DNA from: a virus
Lineage: Duplodnaviria; Caudoviricetes
Length of the DNA: 39,878 nt
Strand: one strand, 5' to 3'
IMG/VR virus record: IMGVR_UViG_3300006046_000013
Span: 1-39,878 of that record
The position numbers were made by a program, and so were the translations under genes. Positions 1-8,343 of this stretch are shown piece after piece (position 1 is the first letter of the stretch; each line of letters begins with the position of its first letter). The notes under the pieces were generated by a model. It was not told the origin of the DNA. It saw only the letters and a program-made list of their open reading frames with translations, and made no database searches.

Positions 1-115
1 GTCACCTGGGCCTCTCGTTGAAAAACGGGGGTGGTAGCACCGTCGACGGCGATGACGTGGCCCTCGAGATTTCGGCGCGATTGCGACGGCAAGCTCGACG
101 TCGACGCGATCTGTT

Positions 116-235
116 TCATATCGCCAGGCCGATGAGCCAGAAGCCGAGGGCGAGCGCACCACACACGACCACGATGCCGATGGCGGCGCACACGACGACG
201 GCGAGCCATCGCCCGACCTGGTCAGTCGTTACCAC
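116..235 (-). CDS. small membrane protein
   Basis: C-terminal part of ORF 116..313; GTG start overlapping the upstream gene end; one long hydrophobic stretch (WLAVVVCAAIGIVVVCGALALGFWLIGLAI). Confidence 0.5.
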   Translation of the reverse strand: MVTTDQVGRWLAVVVCAAIGIVVVCGALALGFWLIGLAI

Positions 236-488
236 GCAGCACCTCGCCGATGTGGGGGCGGATGAGGACGGCGTCGGTGTCGATGGCGTCGGTGGTGTGC
301 AACGGCACCACATCGGCGACCACGTCGCCGGTGTCGTCGAGTACGCGTCGGGCCACGGCCTCGATGTGAGCCCGGCAGGCGGGGTAGTGCCCCAGTATTC
401 CTGGTCGCACCTCCACGCTCACGCTGGCCACCACGGCCGGCGATGCACAAATGAGACAGCCCAACGACGACAGCGGGTGCGTGGTCAT
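222..488 (-). CDS. hypothetical protein with CxxC motif
   Basis: ATG at 488 forms an ATGA overlap with the stop of 485..766; CLIC...C..H residues. Confidence 0.6.
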   Translation of the reverse strand: MTTHPLSSLGCLICASPAVVASVSVEVRPGILGHYPACRAHIEAVARRVLDDTGDVVADVVPLHTTDAIDTDAVLIRPHIGEVLRGND

Positions 489-766
489 CGGCGGTGCGAA
501 CTCCGGGCGTAGCCAGGCCGGGTCGTGGTGCCCCGGGCCCGGCCCACACTGGCCACGCGATTCCCCCACCGGGCCCGTACCGCCCGGGCTACGTGGGCGT
601 AGGTGCCCTTGTTGCCCGAGCTCGAGGCCCGTGACAGGGCCGAGCGGGCCCGGCCGATGGTGTTGATGGGGTAGGCCTTGGTGCGGGGGTAGGCGTAGTT
701 GCTGGAGGTGGCGGCCAGACGGCCCACGCCCTTGGCCGATGACCGCGATGGTGTGCCCCGGGCCAC
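485..766 (-). CDS. small basic protein resembling the DUF6582 family
   Basis: YAYPRTKAYPINTIGRARSALSRA resembles the F/YAxPxxxxYPIxxxxxxRxALxR pattern; R/K rich. Confidence 0.55.
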   Translation of the reverse strand: MARGTPSRSSAKGVGRLAATSSNYAYPRTKAYPINTIGRARSALSRASSSGNKGTYAHVARAVRARWGNRVASVGRARGTTTRPGYARSSHRR

Positions 767-807
767 GGCCTAGCCGTTCGACTCGTCGAGGTCGACGGAC
801 ATGTCAC

Positions 808-1137
808 TCATGGGGCCGGCTCCGGCTCCGGCTCGGCCGGCGGTGCCGGCGGTGGGGTCTCCTCGGGCGCCGGCAAGGTCTCGGCCTCATCGGGAGTCTC
901 GATGCCGACCTCGGTGGCCCGGCCCGTCGAGATGTCGGCCGAGGAGTCGAACGTGGAACCGGTGCCGGTGGTGTCGTCGTCGCCGGCGCGCGGTAGGGCA
1001 TCAGCCCATTCGGGCGGGCCGGCGTCGAGGGCCTCGGTGCGAGCCTTGACGATGTCGAGCTCGTTGGCATCGGGGAACTCGGGCGGCACAAAGGAGTCGC
1101 GGCTGTCCTCGGTGGGAGTGTCGGCGGTGTCGGTCAT
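808..1137 (-). CDS. acidic Pro/Glu-rich hypothetical protein
   Basis: MTDTADTPTEDS...PEPEPAP; ATG at 1137; phage-like codon usage. Confidence 0.6.
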   Translation of the reverse strand: MTDTADTPTEDSRDSFVPPEFPDANELDIVKARTEALDAGPPEWADALPRAGDDDTTGTGSTFDSSADISTGRATEVGIETPDEAETLPAPEETPPPAPPAEPEPEPAP

Positions 1138-1199
1138 GGTCGCAAGCATCGCACCTGCGTCCAATCGGTAGCGAGAAGTCGGCACATAGACCTCATGCG

Positions 1200-1595
1200 C
1201 TAGTAGCACGACCAGGCGCGCCAGCCTTGGAGCTTGTGCACCTCGAGGGCCATGGTGAGATTGGTGGCGGGGTCGTAGGGGTCGCGGCCGTGATGCCACA
1301 TGGGCATGATTTGCATGAGGCCGGCGGCGCCCGATGCGTTGTGGGCGTGCGGTGTGCATTTGGACTCGCACCACATCACCCTCGAGATGGTGCGCCATTG
1401 CTCGACGGGCCAGCCGACGGCGAAGGCGGTAGGCGCCCACTCGGCGCAGGGGCCGTCGACGGCGGGCCATGTGGGCACCGTGGTGGCCTCGGCCGCTTGG
1501 ACGGTGACCTCGACACGGGCGGCCGGTTGCGTGGCGGTGACGGTGGCGCTAACGAGCATGACGAACCGGGCGACGACCCGTAGGAGCTCGCTCAC
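1200..1595 (-). CDS. secreted lytic transglycosylase (SLT/lysozyme-like fold)
   Basis: Hydrophobic N-terminus, catalytic-type CES, AxNxSGAAGLMQI motif and C-terminal GWxxW. Confidence 0.8.
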   Translation of the reverse strand: MSELLRVVARFVMLVSATVTATQPAARVEVTVQAAEATTVPTWPAVDGPCAEWAPTAFAVGWPVEQWRTISRVMWCESKCTPHAHNASGAAGLMQIMPMWHHGRDPYDPATNLTMALEVHKLQGWRAWSCY

Positions 1596-2017
1596 GGCGT
1601 GCCGGTCGCGATGTCACCACCGCCCTCGAGGGCATCGACGCCTCGAGCTCTACGAGCGGCCTCGAGAGCGTCAGGGGCGTTGAGGTCGATGGGGGCGGCG
1701 TCGGACTCGCCCGAGACGTAAGGAAGATCGGCGTAGCGCTGGCGGTTGATGATGCGCGAGACGGTCGAGTCGCGGATGCCGTAGCGCTGGGCGAGCTCAC
1801 CATAGGACGGGCGCGACAGGCGCGGGACGGACCAGTAGGCGGTACGGAGCTCGGTGACGGTGTCGGCGTTGAGACGAGCCTGTTTGGGGCCGACTCCTCG
1901 GCGAGTGAGATCGCTGCGCTCCTCGTTGGCCATCTCGAGGGCGACGGCGTGGGCGAGCTCGTTGTCGTCCTGATCAAAAGCGAGGCGCAGTAGGCGCATC
2001 CATTGATCACGGGTCAC
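1592..2017 (-). CDS. HTH DNA-binding protein
   Basis: SYGELAQRYGIRDSTVSRII helix-turn-helix; GTGA coupling to neighbours. Confidence 0.7.
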   Translation of the reverse strand: MTRDQWMRLLRLAFDQDDNELAHAVALEMANEERSDLTRRGVGPKQARLNADTVTELRTAYWSVPRLSRPSYGELAQRYGIRDSTVSRIINRQRYADLPYVSGESDAAPIDLNAPDALEAARRARGVDALEGGGDIATGTP

Positions 2018-2454
2018 GGTTGTTCTCCTCGCTGTATGACGGCCGGTAGGGGCAAGGGCGCGATGCCGACCTCGATGACGCGGTCGAACAGGGCGCCAAC
2101 CACCATGCGAAGCCAGCTATCGCCGGTCGAACCGATAGGCGGGAGGTGAGAGGTGACGAGCCAGTAGGGCCGGCGCTCCTCGACCATCTCGAGCAAGGCG
2201 GCGTTGGCGATGGCTTTCTTGAGGGTGTCAGTGCGACGTAGGCCGTTGCGGCCCGAGGCCGAGAGCCACGAGCCTTTGCACTCGACCCACACGTCGCCAA
2301 CGTCGTCGCGCCAGACGACGTGGTCGATTTCGACATTGCACACGGGGTGCTTCCATCGGCGCTCTTTGATGATGAAGCCGTCGATGAGGAACAAGGTCTC
2401 GACGGCTTGCTCGAACTTGCGGCCTTGAGCGCCGGCGTCATGTTGGAAACTCAA
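2014..2454 (-). CDS. PD-(D/E)XK nuclease, restriction-endonuclease-like
   Basis: GxxFE...EID...VECK catalytic pattern; 4-nt overlap with the methyltransferase stop. Confidence 0.75.
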   Translation of the reverse strand: MSFQHDAGAQGRKFEQAVETLFLIDGFIIKERRWKHPVCNVEIDHVVWRDDVGDVWVECKGSWLSASGRNGLRRTDTLKKAIANAALLEMVEERRPYWLVTSHLPPIGSTGDSWLRMVVGALFDRVIEVGIAPLPLPAVIQRGEQP

Positions 2455-3539
2455 CGGTCGCCCTCCTTGTCGAGGACGAAGACGAGCTCGAAGTCACAGC
2501 GCGCGTCACGGTTGGCGCCGACTCGAAGGCCGAGCACCTCGAGCGGAAGGGCGTAACGGAGCTCGAGGCCGAGGCGGATGAGGGTGGTGACATGCCAGCC
2601 CGAGACGGGGGCGACCTCGCCGTCGCGCACATGATCTTTGATGTTGAGCACGAAGCGGCCACCAGGGCGCAGCACGCGGAGGGCCTCGGCCCACGCGTCG
2701 CGGTGGAAGGCGCGGTAGGTGGGGCCCCATTGCATGGCGCCGGCGTTGTCCTCGTGGAGGGCACGGCCGAGATCATGGGTGTAGCTACGGCGCACCGAGG
2801 CGTCCTGGGCGTCGTGGTGGTCGGCGAGGCGGTTGCCATAGCACGGCGAAACACAGATGGCGTCAAAGGCGCTTGACAGGAACGGCAGGGCGAGGGCGTT
2901 GCCGACGAGGGTGCGCTCGTGGCAGGCGGCCCACTCGGGCTCGAGCTCGACGCCGACGGTATCGAAGCTCTCGCCGAGGAGGTGGATGCGGCCGATGCCG
3001 GCAAAGGGGTCGAGAACGTGCGGGTAGCCCTCGAGCATCTCGGCAAAGATCGGAAGGAGCTCGAGCGTGTAGGCGGCCGGATGGGCGACCTCGTGCGGGC
3101 CATGCTTGGCCTTGGTGGGCGGTCGCGAGGGGCGTACGCGCTCGACGGCCTCGGCGACTTGCGTGGCGGTGGGTTGCTCGCCATCGGCGTCCTCGACGGC
3201 GTCGGCCCATGCCTGGGCGGCAAGCTCGGGCTCGTTACACACAGGCGCAAGAGCGCGTAGCTGAGATTCATTCTCGGGAGTGTCACCAAATGGTGACACG
3301 AGCTCGGCTGTCTGCGCTGCCTTCATTGTGCGATACGCGTGCTGGCGGCTCATGCCCCATCGTTCTCGGCAATACCGCTCGAACGAGGTAAAGCCGGCGG
3401 CCTCGTATTCGTGATCGTCACGGATGCGCAGTAGCGACCAACCGACCTCGACGAAAGTGGCGAGGCCTTGCTCAATGATCTTCTCGTGCTCCATGAGGCG
3501 AAGGAGTCCGGGCGTGAGGTGGCTCTCAGCTTGGGTCAT
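2451..3539 (-). CDS. amino-type DNA methyltransferase with N-terminal helical/HTH-like domain
   Basis: HPA...VLDPFAGIG (SAM-binding motif I), SPCY (SPPY-like motif IV), RVLRPGG; N-terminal FxEVG..L..IRD...FERYCRERWGMSRQHAYR domain. Confidence 0.8.
   Translation of the reverse strand: MTQAESHLTPGLLRLMEHEKIIEQGLATFVEVGWSLLRIRDDHEYEAAGFTSFERYCRERWGMSRQHAYRTMKAAQTAELVSPFGDTPENESQLRALAPVCNEPELAAQAWADAVEDADGEQPTATQVAEAVERVRPSRPPTKAKHGPHEVAHPAAYTLELLPIFAEMLEGYPHVLDPFAGIGRIHLLGESFDTVGVELEPEWAACHERTLVGNALALPFLSSAFDAICVSPCYGNRLADHHDAQDASVRRSYTHDLGRALHEDNAGAMQWGPTYRAFHRDAWAEALRVLRPGGRFVLNIKDHVRDGEVAPVSGWHVTTLIRLGLELRYALPLEVLGLRVGANRDARCDFELVFVLDKEGDR
3280..3299. repeat. perfect intragenic palindrome GTGTCACCA-AA-TGGTGACAC
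   Basis: 9-bp arms with a 2-bp centre; encodes VSPFGDT just after the HTH-like segment. Confidence 0.9.
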
Positions 3540-3871
3540 TGTTCGGCTCCAAAGGCATCGAGAAGTTGGGCGAAGGCCCGGCCCGTGAGGATGAAGTAGG
3601 CCCCGTCGGCGGTGGCGTGGTTGCGGCGGTGGGCGACGACGATGGGCACGGCGACGCCAGCGTTGGCGTGGGCCTGGTCGACGAAGGCGGCGAGGGCCAT
3701 GCTCTTGTCGTTCTTGGCTTCCACCGACAGGGCCAGCGGGCCCCGCACGGCGACGATGTCGTCACCGGCGAAGCCGAGGCCCCGGCAGGTGGTGTCGAAG
3801 CCGTGGTCTTGGAGCCAGAGCTCGACGACGCGACGCCAGGCCCCGCCCTTGCGGATGGTAGCGACGGTCAC
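3536..3871 (-). CDS. Holliday junction resolvase-like PD-(D/E)XK protein
   Basis: KGxxW...GDD...VEAK...QA..NA...V.HRR pattern typical of actinophage resolvases. Confidence 0.7.
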   Translation of the reverse strand: MTVATIRKGGAWRRVVELWLQDHGFDTTCRGLGFAGDDIVAVRGPLALSVEAKNDKSMALAAFVDQAHANAGVAVPIVVAHRRNHATADGAYFILTGRAFAQLLDAFGAEQ

Positions 3872-4044
3872 CAGTTGGCCATTAGCTCGACGATGGCGTC
3901 GTCGCGGGCCAGGCCGGCGGCCATGAGCCGCTCGAGGCAGGCTCGAGCTCGAGGGTGGAGGGAGTAGCGGCCGTCGTCGTCGGCGATGAACAGGCCCCGG
4001 CGTTGGAGCTCATCGACGGTGGCGGTGACGGTGGCACGATCCAT
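3868..4044 (-). CDS. small winged-helix-like hypothetical protein
   Basis: MDRATVTATVDELQRRGLF...GRYSL; ATG at 4044; GTGA coupling to the next gene. Confidence 0.55.
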   Translation of the reverse strand: MDRATVTATVDELQRRGLFIADDDGRYSLHPRARACLERLMAAGLARDDAIVELMANW

Positions 4045-4060
4045 GAGAATCTCACTCTCC

Positions 4061-4108
4061 GCATTTCCTCCCGCCCGATTCCTAGAGGAAGGGGGCGGGA
4101 GGAAGTGC
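4061..4108. repeat. 48-bp nested inverted repeat downstream of the primase-helicase
   Basis: TTCCTCCCGCCC (4065-4076) / GGGCGGGAGGAA (4093-4104), inner TTCCT-AG-AGGAA, outer GCAT/GTGC. Confidence 0.85.
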
Positions 4109-4117
4109 TGTACGTGG

Positions 4118-6529
4118 TTATCCGGGGAGCAGGCGGTAGCGGTGGTGCTTGCCGTTGGGGGAGGCTTGGTGTTCGATTTGGCCGTCGCGCTCGAGGCTCT
4201 CGAGGGCATAGGCGACGACGCCGGACTTGTCGCCCTTGTGGCCGGTCTTGGCCTCGATGGTGGTGAGGGCGACCCAGTCGGCCTCGAGGACGCGGCCCTC
4301 GCCGTCACACTGGGCGTGCTCGTAGAGGAGGGCGTTGATGGCCTTGCGACAGGTCTCGAGGTCGGCCTCGGCGGTGGCCGGTTGCTCGGTGAAGGTGGGC
4401 GGTCGCTCGAGGTTGAGAACCGAGCGGTAGACGTCGACCTCGGAGGACGGATTACCGGACCAAAGCCGAAGGCGGGCCAGGCGACCGAAGGCGCGCTCGT
4501 CCTTGTCGGTGGGGTCGAACTCGGCCTTGCCGACGGCCCAGCCGTGGCGGTCCTTGCCGATCATGATGAGGGTGCGGCACTCCTCGCCCGGGCGCCATCG
4601 CGTCTCGCGGTCGGCCCGGAGCATGACGCCGTCGATGATGGCCTTTTTGGCCGAGGCGCCGAGGGAGGTGGTTGATTTCTCGCCGGTGCGCTTGTCGGTG
4701 GCGTGGTCGACGATGAGGCCGGCGGCGTTGTTGAGCGTGACCCACCGCTTGAAGCGGTTACCGATGGCGCGGATGTCGGTGTTGGAGTTGCTCTCGCGCA
4801 CGGCGACGGTGGCGACGAAGGCGTCGAGGGAGTCGATGACGATGATGTCGGACTCGGCGGCGAGGCGGGCGATGACGGCCTCGTCCTCGTCGGTGAAGGG
4901 GGCGTAGGGCCGGAGATGGATGAGGTTGGTGCACTCGGCGCGGAGGGTCTCGATGCGGTAGCGCCATCCCGCGGCGTCGTCCTCGACGTCGATGATGAGG
5001 GCCTTGCCGCCATGGCGTTGGACGTCGAGGCAGGCGTAGAGCGCGAACCATGATTTGCCCGAATCACTCGGGCCCCAAATGGTGTTGACACGGCCGGGAT
5101 AGAGGATCGGGGTGCCACCGTCGATGTGCACCATGGTCGGCTCGAGGGCTTGGGGCTCGACATTGGCGAGGCATCGGACGTCGAGGCGAAGGTGCGGGTT
5201 CTCGTCGAGGAAGTGAGCGCGGAGAATGTGGTCGCGGTGGCCATCGGCGCGAGCGTTTTCGAGGCCGTTGATGACACGGCGCAACTCGCGCTCGTTGCAA
5301 TCGGCCTTGGCGGCATCCATGGCCAGTTGCGCTCCGGTGCGCGGCGGCGGTGGCATGTCGTCATCGTCATGGTCGACGTCGGGCTCGGGCTCGGGCTCGT
5401 CGTCGGTGAGCTCGGGCTCGGGCGCCGGCGGCGTGGTGGCGCCGAGCCATTCGTCGATACGGACGGCGCGCTCGGCGAGGGGTAGCTCGATGCCGAGGGC
5501 GACCTTGGCCCGCTCGATGTCACCGGCGTGCTCCATGACGGCGACGTATTGGAGCTTGGTGAGGGTTTGAGTGCCGTGCTCGCGGGTCCATGTAGCCAAC
5601 GGCTCGGGCGGGTCGGTGGTCCACAAGTGGAGGGGGCCGTGGCCCTCGTAGTTCTCATAGAGCTGGCACTCGTCGTCGTGGCCGATGGCCGAGCGCTCAC
5701 CGGATGAGCCACCGCCGGGCTTCTCGAAGACGGGGCAGCCGCAACGACGGTCGAGGTGCTCGGTGTAGCGCCATCCATGGCGGCAGAGGAGCTCGAGCCA
5801 GGTGACGTCGGCGGCCCAGCGGGCGATGGGATCGTTGACATAGCGCTCGAGCCAGCGGTCGTGGCGCTCCCGGCGCTCCTCGCCGTGGTGTTGGATGACG
5901 GCGAGGAGCCAGCGGGGCACGACGAGGGCGTCGCCGTTGGAGATGTAGCGGCCCTCGGTGCGGCGCGACGGCGGCGCCACGGTGAGAAGGTTGCCCCAGC
6001 GGACGTCGTAGCCGCCGGGTCCGATGAGTTGGTCACAGTCGAGGGGGAGCTCGATGCCGGCGGGAACGTCGAAGTACCAATGGCCCCCGTCGTGGTGCTT
6101 CCACTCGCCGGCGGCGTTGAGCGTGCCCGGCGTCGACACGGTCGGGCCGAACTCCAAGTAGCGCTCGTTGTTCTCGCCGGTGGCCCATGCCGAGCGGAAG
6201 GAGTCGACGGCCTCGGGCACGTCGGCGTCGACGACGACGAGGCGCGAGGGCCGGGCCACGATACCGATGTTGAGGCCGACATTGTCGCGCTCGAGCCGCT
6301 CGAAAACTCGTTTGGCGACCTTGTCCTCGGTGATGGCGTGCGAGGCCCCGCACGGGTGGTCGGGGCCGGCCTTGTTGAAGTCGCGCGCCGTGAGGGTGCA
6401 CATGGGGCGCTTCTCGAGCGGGTAGACGGGAACCACGCCGTAGTGCTCGCGGGTGGCGACGATGGCAATGCGGCTCATGGGGATGTCGGCATCCCATTGG
6501 CAGAAGACGTCGACGAAGGGGCGGGGCAT
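4118..6529 (-). CDS. bifunctional primase-polymerase fused to a RecA-fold (AAA_25/RepA-like) helicase
   Basis: NIGI...LVVVDAD...VSTP...GGHWYF...VAPPS prim-pol motifs; Walker A GPSDSGKS, Walker B IIVIDS, IVDH; ATG at 6529 overlaps the polA stop. Confidence 0.9.
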   Translation of the reverse strand: MPRPFVDVFCQWDADIPMSRIAIVATREHYGVVPVYPLEKRPMCTLTARDFNKAGPDHPCGASHAITEDKVAKRVFERLERDNVGLNIGIVARPSRLVVVDADVPEAVDSFRSAWATGENNERYLEFGPTVSTPGTLNAAGEWKHHDGGHWYFDVPAGIELPLDCDQLIGPGGYDVRWGNLLTVAPPSRRTEGRYISNGDALVVPRWLLAVIQHHGEERRERHDRWLERYVNDPIARWAADVTWLELLCRHGWRYTEHLDRRCGCPVFEKPGGGSSGERSAIGHDDECQLYENYEGHGPLHLWTTDPPEPLATWTREHGTQTLTKLQYVAVMEHAGDIERAKVALGIELPLAERAVRIDEWLGATTPPAPEPELTDDEPEPEPDVDHDDDDMPPPPRTGAQLAMDAAKADCNERELRRVINGLENARADGHRDHILRAHFLDENPHLRLDVRCLANVEPQALEPTMVHIDGGTPILYPGRVNTIWGPSDSGKSWFALYACLDVQRHGGKALIIDVEDDAAGWRYRIETLRAECTNLIHLRPYAPFTDEDEAVIARLAAESDIIVIDSLDAFVATVAVRESNSNTDIRAIGNRFKRWVTLNNAAGLIVDHATDKRTGEKSTTSLGASAKKAIIDGVMLRADRETRWRPGEECRTLIMIGKDRHGWAVGKAEFDPTDKDERAFGRLARLRLWSGNPSSEVDVYRSVLNLERPPTFTEQPATAEADLETCRKAINALLYEHAQCDGEGRVLEADWVALTTIEAKTGHKGDKSGVVAYALESLERDGQIEHQASPNGKHHRYRLLPG

Positions 6530-8343
6530 TACTTCTTGGGCCTCCATGTGCGGCCGAGCTCGACGCGGCCGGTGCGTAGGACGGGGGTGCGGCCGGCGGC
6601 ACGCACGAGGTCGGTCGGTGCCGTGAGCATGATGCGCTCGACGTCGTCGGCGGCGGCGGCGTCGACGACGAGCTCGTCGTGGACGGCGGCGTAGAGGGCG
6701 TCGTCGAGGCCGGCGCGGTGCATGGCACACATGGCCTCGGCCAGCAGGTCGTAGCACGAGCCTTGAATCGTCGAGGCGATGCCCTTGTAGCCCTTGTAGG
6801 GCGGGTGCCAGCGACCGTCGTCGCGGCCGTAGTCGCGCTCGAGGAGCACAAGGCGCCCGGAGATGGTTTGCACCATGCCGTGGTGGTCGCCGATGCGGGT
6901 GATGGCGGTCTTGGCTTTGCGGATGTGCTCGAAGGGGCCGAGGGTGCGAGTGATGAGAGCGGTGGTGGCCTCGACGGTCATGCCCAGGCGACCGGCGAGG
7001 GCGCGCGCTCCCTGGCCGTAGCACTGGGCCAGGAGCGTTGTCTTGGCCGTAGGGCGGTCCACGCCGGCAGCGGCGACGACGGGGGCATAGACGTCACCCC
7101 CGGCCTCGTAGGGGCCGTAGAGGGCCTCTTCGCCAGCGAGGTTGGCGAAGACGACAGGCTCGATTGACGACCAGTCGAGCGAGGTGGCCGGCATCGGAAA
7201 CTCGAAGATGCGCCGAAGCTCCTCGGGGTACTGCTGTAGGGGCGGGGCCTTGTAGGACATGCGCCCGGTAGCGGCGATGCCCACGGCGATCTCGGGGTGG
7301 ATGCGCCCGGCCCTGGTGAGCGTCTTGACCTTGGTGGCGTAGTCGCGGACCCAACGGTCGGTTTGGGCCCATTCGCGCAGGGCGGCGCCGAGCGGGTGGT
7401 CGATGTGCACGAGGGCGGTGGCGGCGGCCGACGGCGCCCCCGATTGGAGGCGGGGGTGGCGGGCGGAGATGAAGCCGTGCGCCTCGAGGTAGTCGACGGC
7501 GTCGCGTTTGACGGTGACGGCGGCGAGGGTGCCGTCGATGCCCCACTCGGCCAAGGTCTCGACGGCGATTTCGTGACGGCGGGTGAACTCGTGCTCGAGC
7601 TGGTCGATGGCGTCGAGGTTGACGTCGAGGCCGCGGGCCGAGCGGGCGATGAGCATGCGATTGACAACCTGCTCACGCTCAACGATGGCAGCGGCGTCAC
7701 CGGTGTAAGGGAACGGGTGCTCGGCGAAGCGGTCGGCGACGGCGGCGTCGATGACGGCGCGCAAGCGAGCAGTCATGATTCCGTCGAAGCCGGCGTAGCT
7801 GGCGAACGGTTCGGAGGCGAGCGTCGCCCGGCGGTACATCTCGGCTTTGGGCAGGTTGGTGGAGCGGCGCCATGACTCGCGGGCCTGGCGCTTGGCCCGC
7901 TCGTAGCCGGGCCCGAGATGCTTGAAGCATGAGCGGGCCAGGTCGCGCGACGCATCCTCGGCCGGGTTGGCCAGCCGAGCCGAGATGAGGACGTCGTACA
8001 CCTTGGCGATGTCGCCGAGGCGCATGAGGCCGTTGGCGATGAGCACCGGCACGTCGAAGGTGGCATTGAAGAAGGCGAGCTCGGTGGCGGCCTTGAGGGC
8101 ACCGCGGATGGCATCGGCGTTGGTGACGGGATCGAGCACATAGGCGAGGTCGTCGGTGGCGATGATGACGGCGGTGAGGGCCCAGCGGTCGCGGTCGAGG
8201 CCTTGGGTCTCGGTGTCGACGGCGACGGTGCCGGCCTTGTGGGCCATGGCCACCGCGCCGGCCCCGTCGGCGACCACGTAGGCGGCGTGGTCGTCGGCGA
8301 TGAGGGCGAAGGAACGGCGGCGCTCGAGCTCGAGCGCGCTCAC
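6529..8343 (-). CDS. polA: family A DNA polymerase with 3'-5' exonuclease and no 5'-3' exonuclease
   Basis: ExoI DTET, ExoII FNATFD, ExoIII YAGFD; TGRMS; motif A DWSSIE; motif B RxxAKxxxLxxxYG; motif C HDEL. Confidence 0.93.
   Translation of the reverse strand: MSALELERRRSFALIADDHAAYVVADGAGAVAMAHKAGTVAVDTETQGLDRDRWALTAVIIATDDLAYVLDPVTNADAIRGALKAATELAFFNATFDVPVLIANGLMRLGDIAKVYDVLISARLANPAEDASRDLARSCFKHLGPGYERAKRQARESWRRSTNLPKAEMYRRATLASEPFASYAGFDGIMTARLRAVIDAAVADRFAEHPFPYTGDAAAIVEREQVVNRMLIARSARGLDVNLDAIDQLEHEFTRRHEIAVETLAEWGIDGTLAAVTVKRDAVDYLEAHGFISARHPRLQSGAPSAAATALVHIDHPLGAALREWAQTDRWVRDYATKVKTLTRAGRIHPEIAVGIAATGRMSYKAPPLQQYPEELRRIFEFPMPATSLDWSSIEPVVFANLAGEEALYGPYEAGGDVYAPVVAAAGVDRPTAKTTLLAQCYGQGARALAGRLGMTVEATTALITRTLGPFEHIRKAKTAITRIGDHHGMVQTISGRLVLLERDYGRDDGRWHPPYKGYKGIASTIQGSCYDLLAEAMCAMHRAGLDDALYAAVHDELVVDAAAADDVERIMLTAPTDLVRAAGRTPVLRTGRVELGRTWRPKK

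Noticed and set aside
1-60. cos site or terminal repeat
   Set aside because: CCCCCGTTTTT on the minus strand is suggestive, but the two window ends share no meaningful overlap and ends cannot be defined without reads
5080-5090. Seventh module copy (TGGTGTTGACA)
   Set aside because: Lacks GTGCG, the hairpin, the second box and a start codon; lies antisense within the helicase coding region
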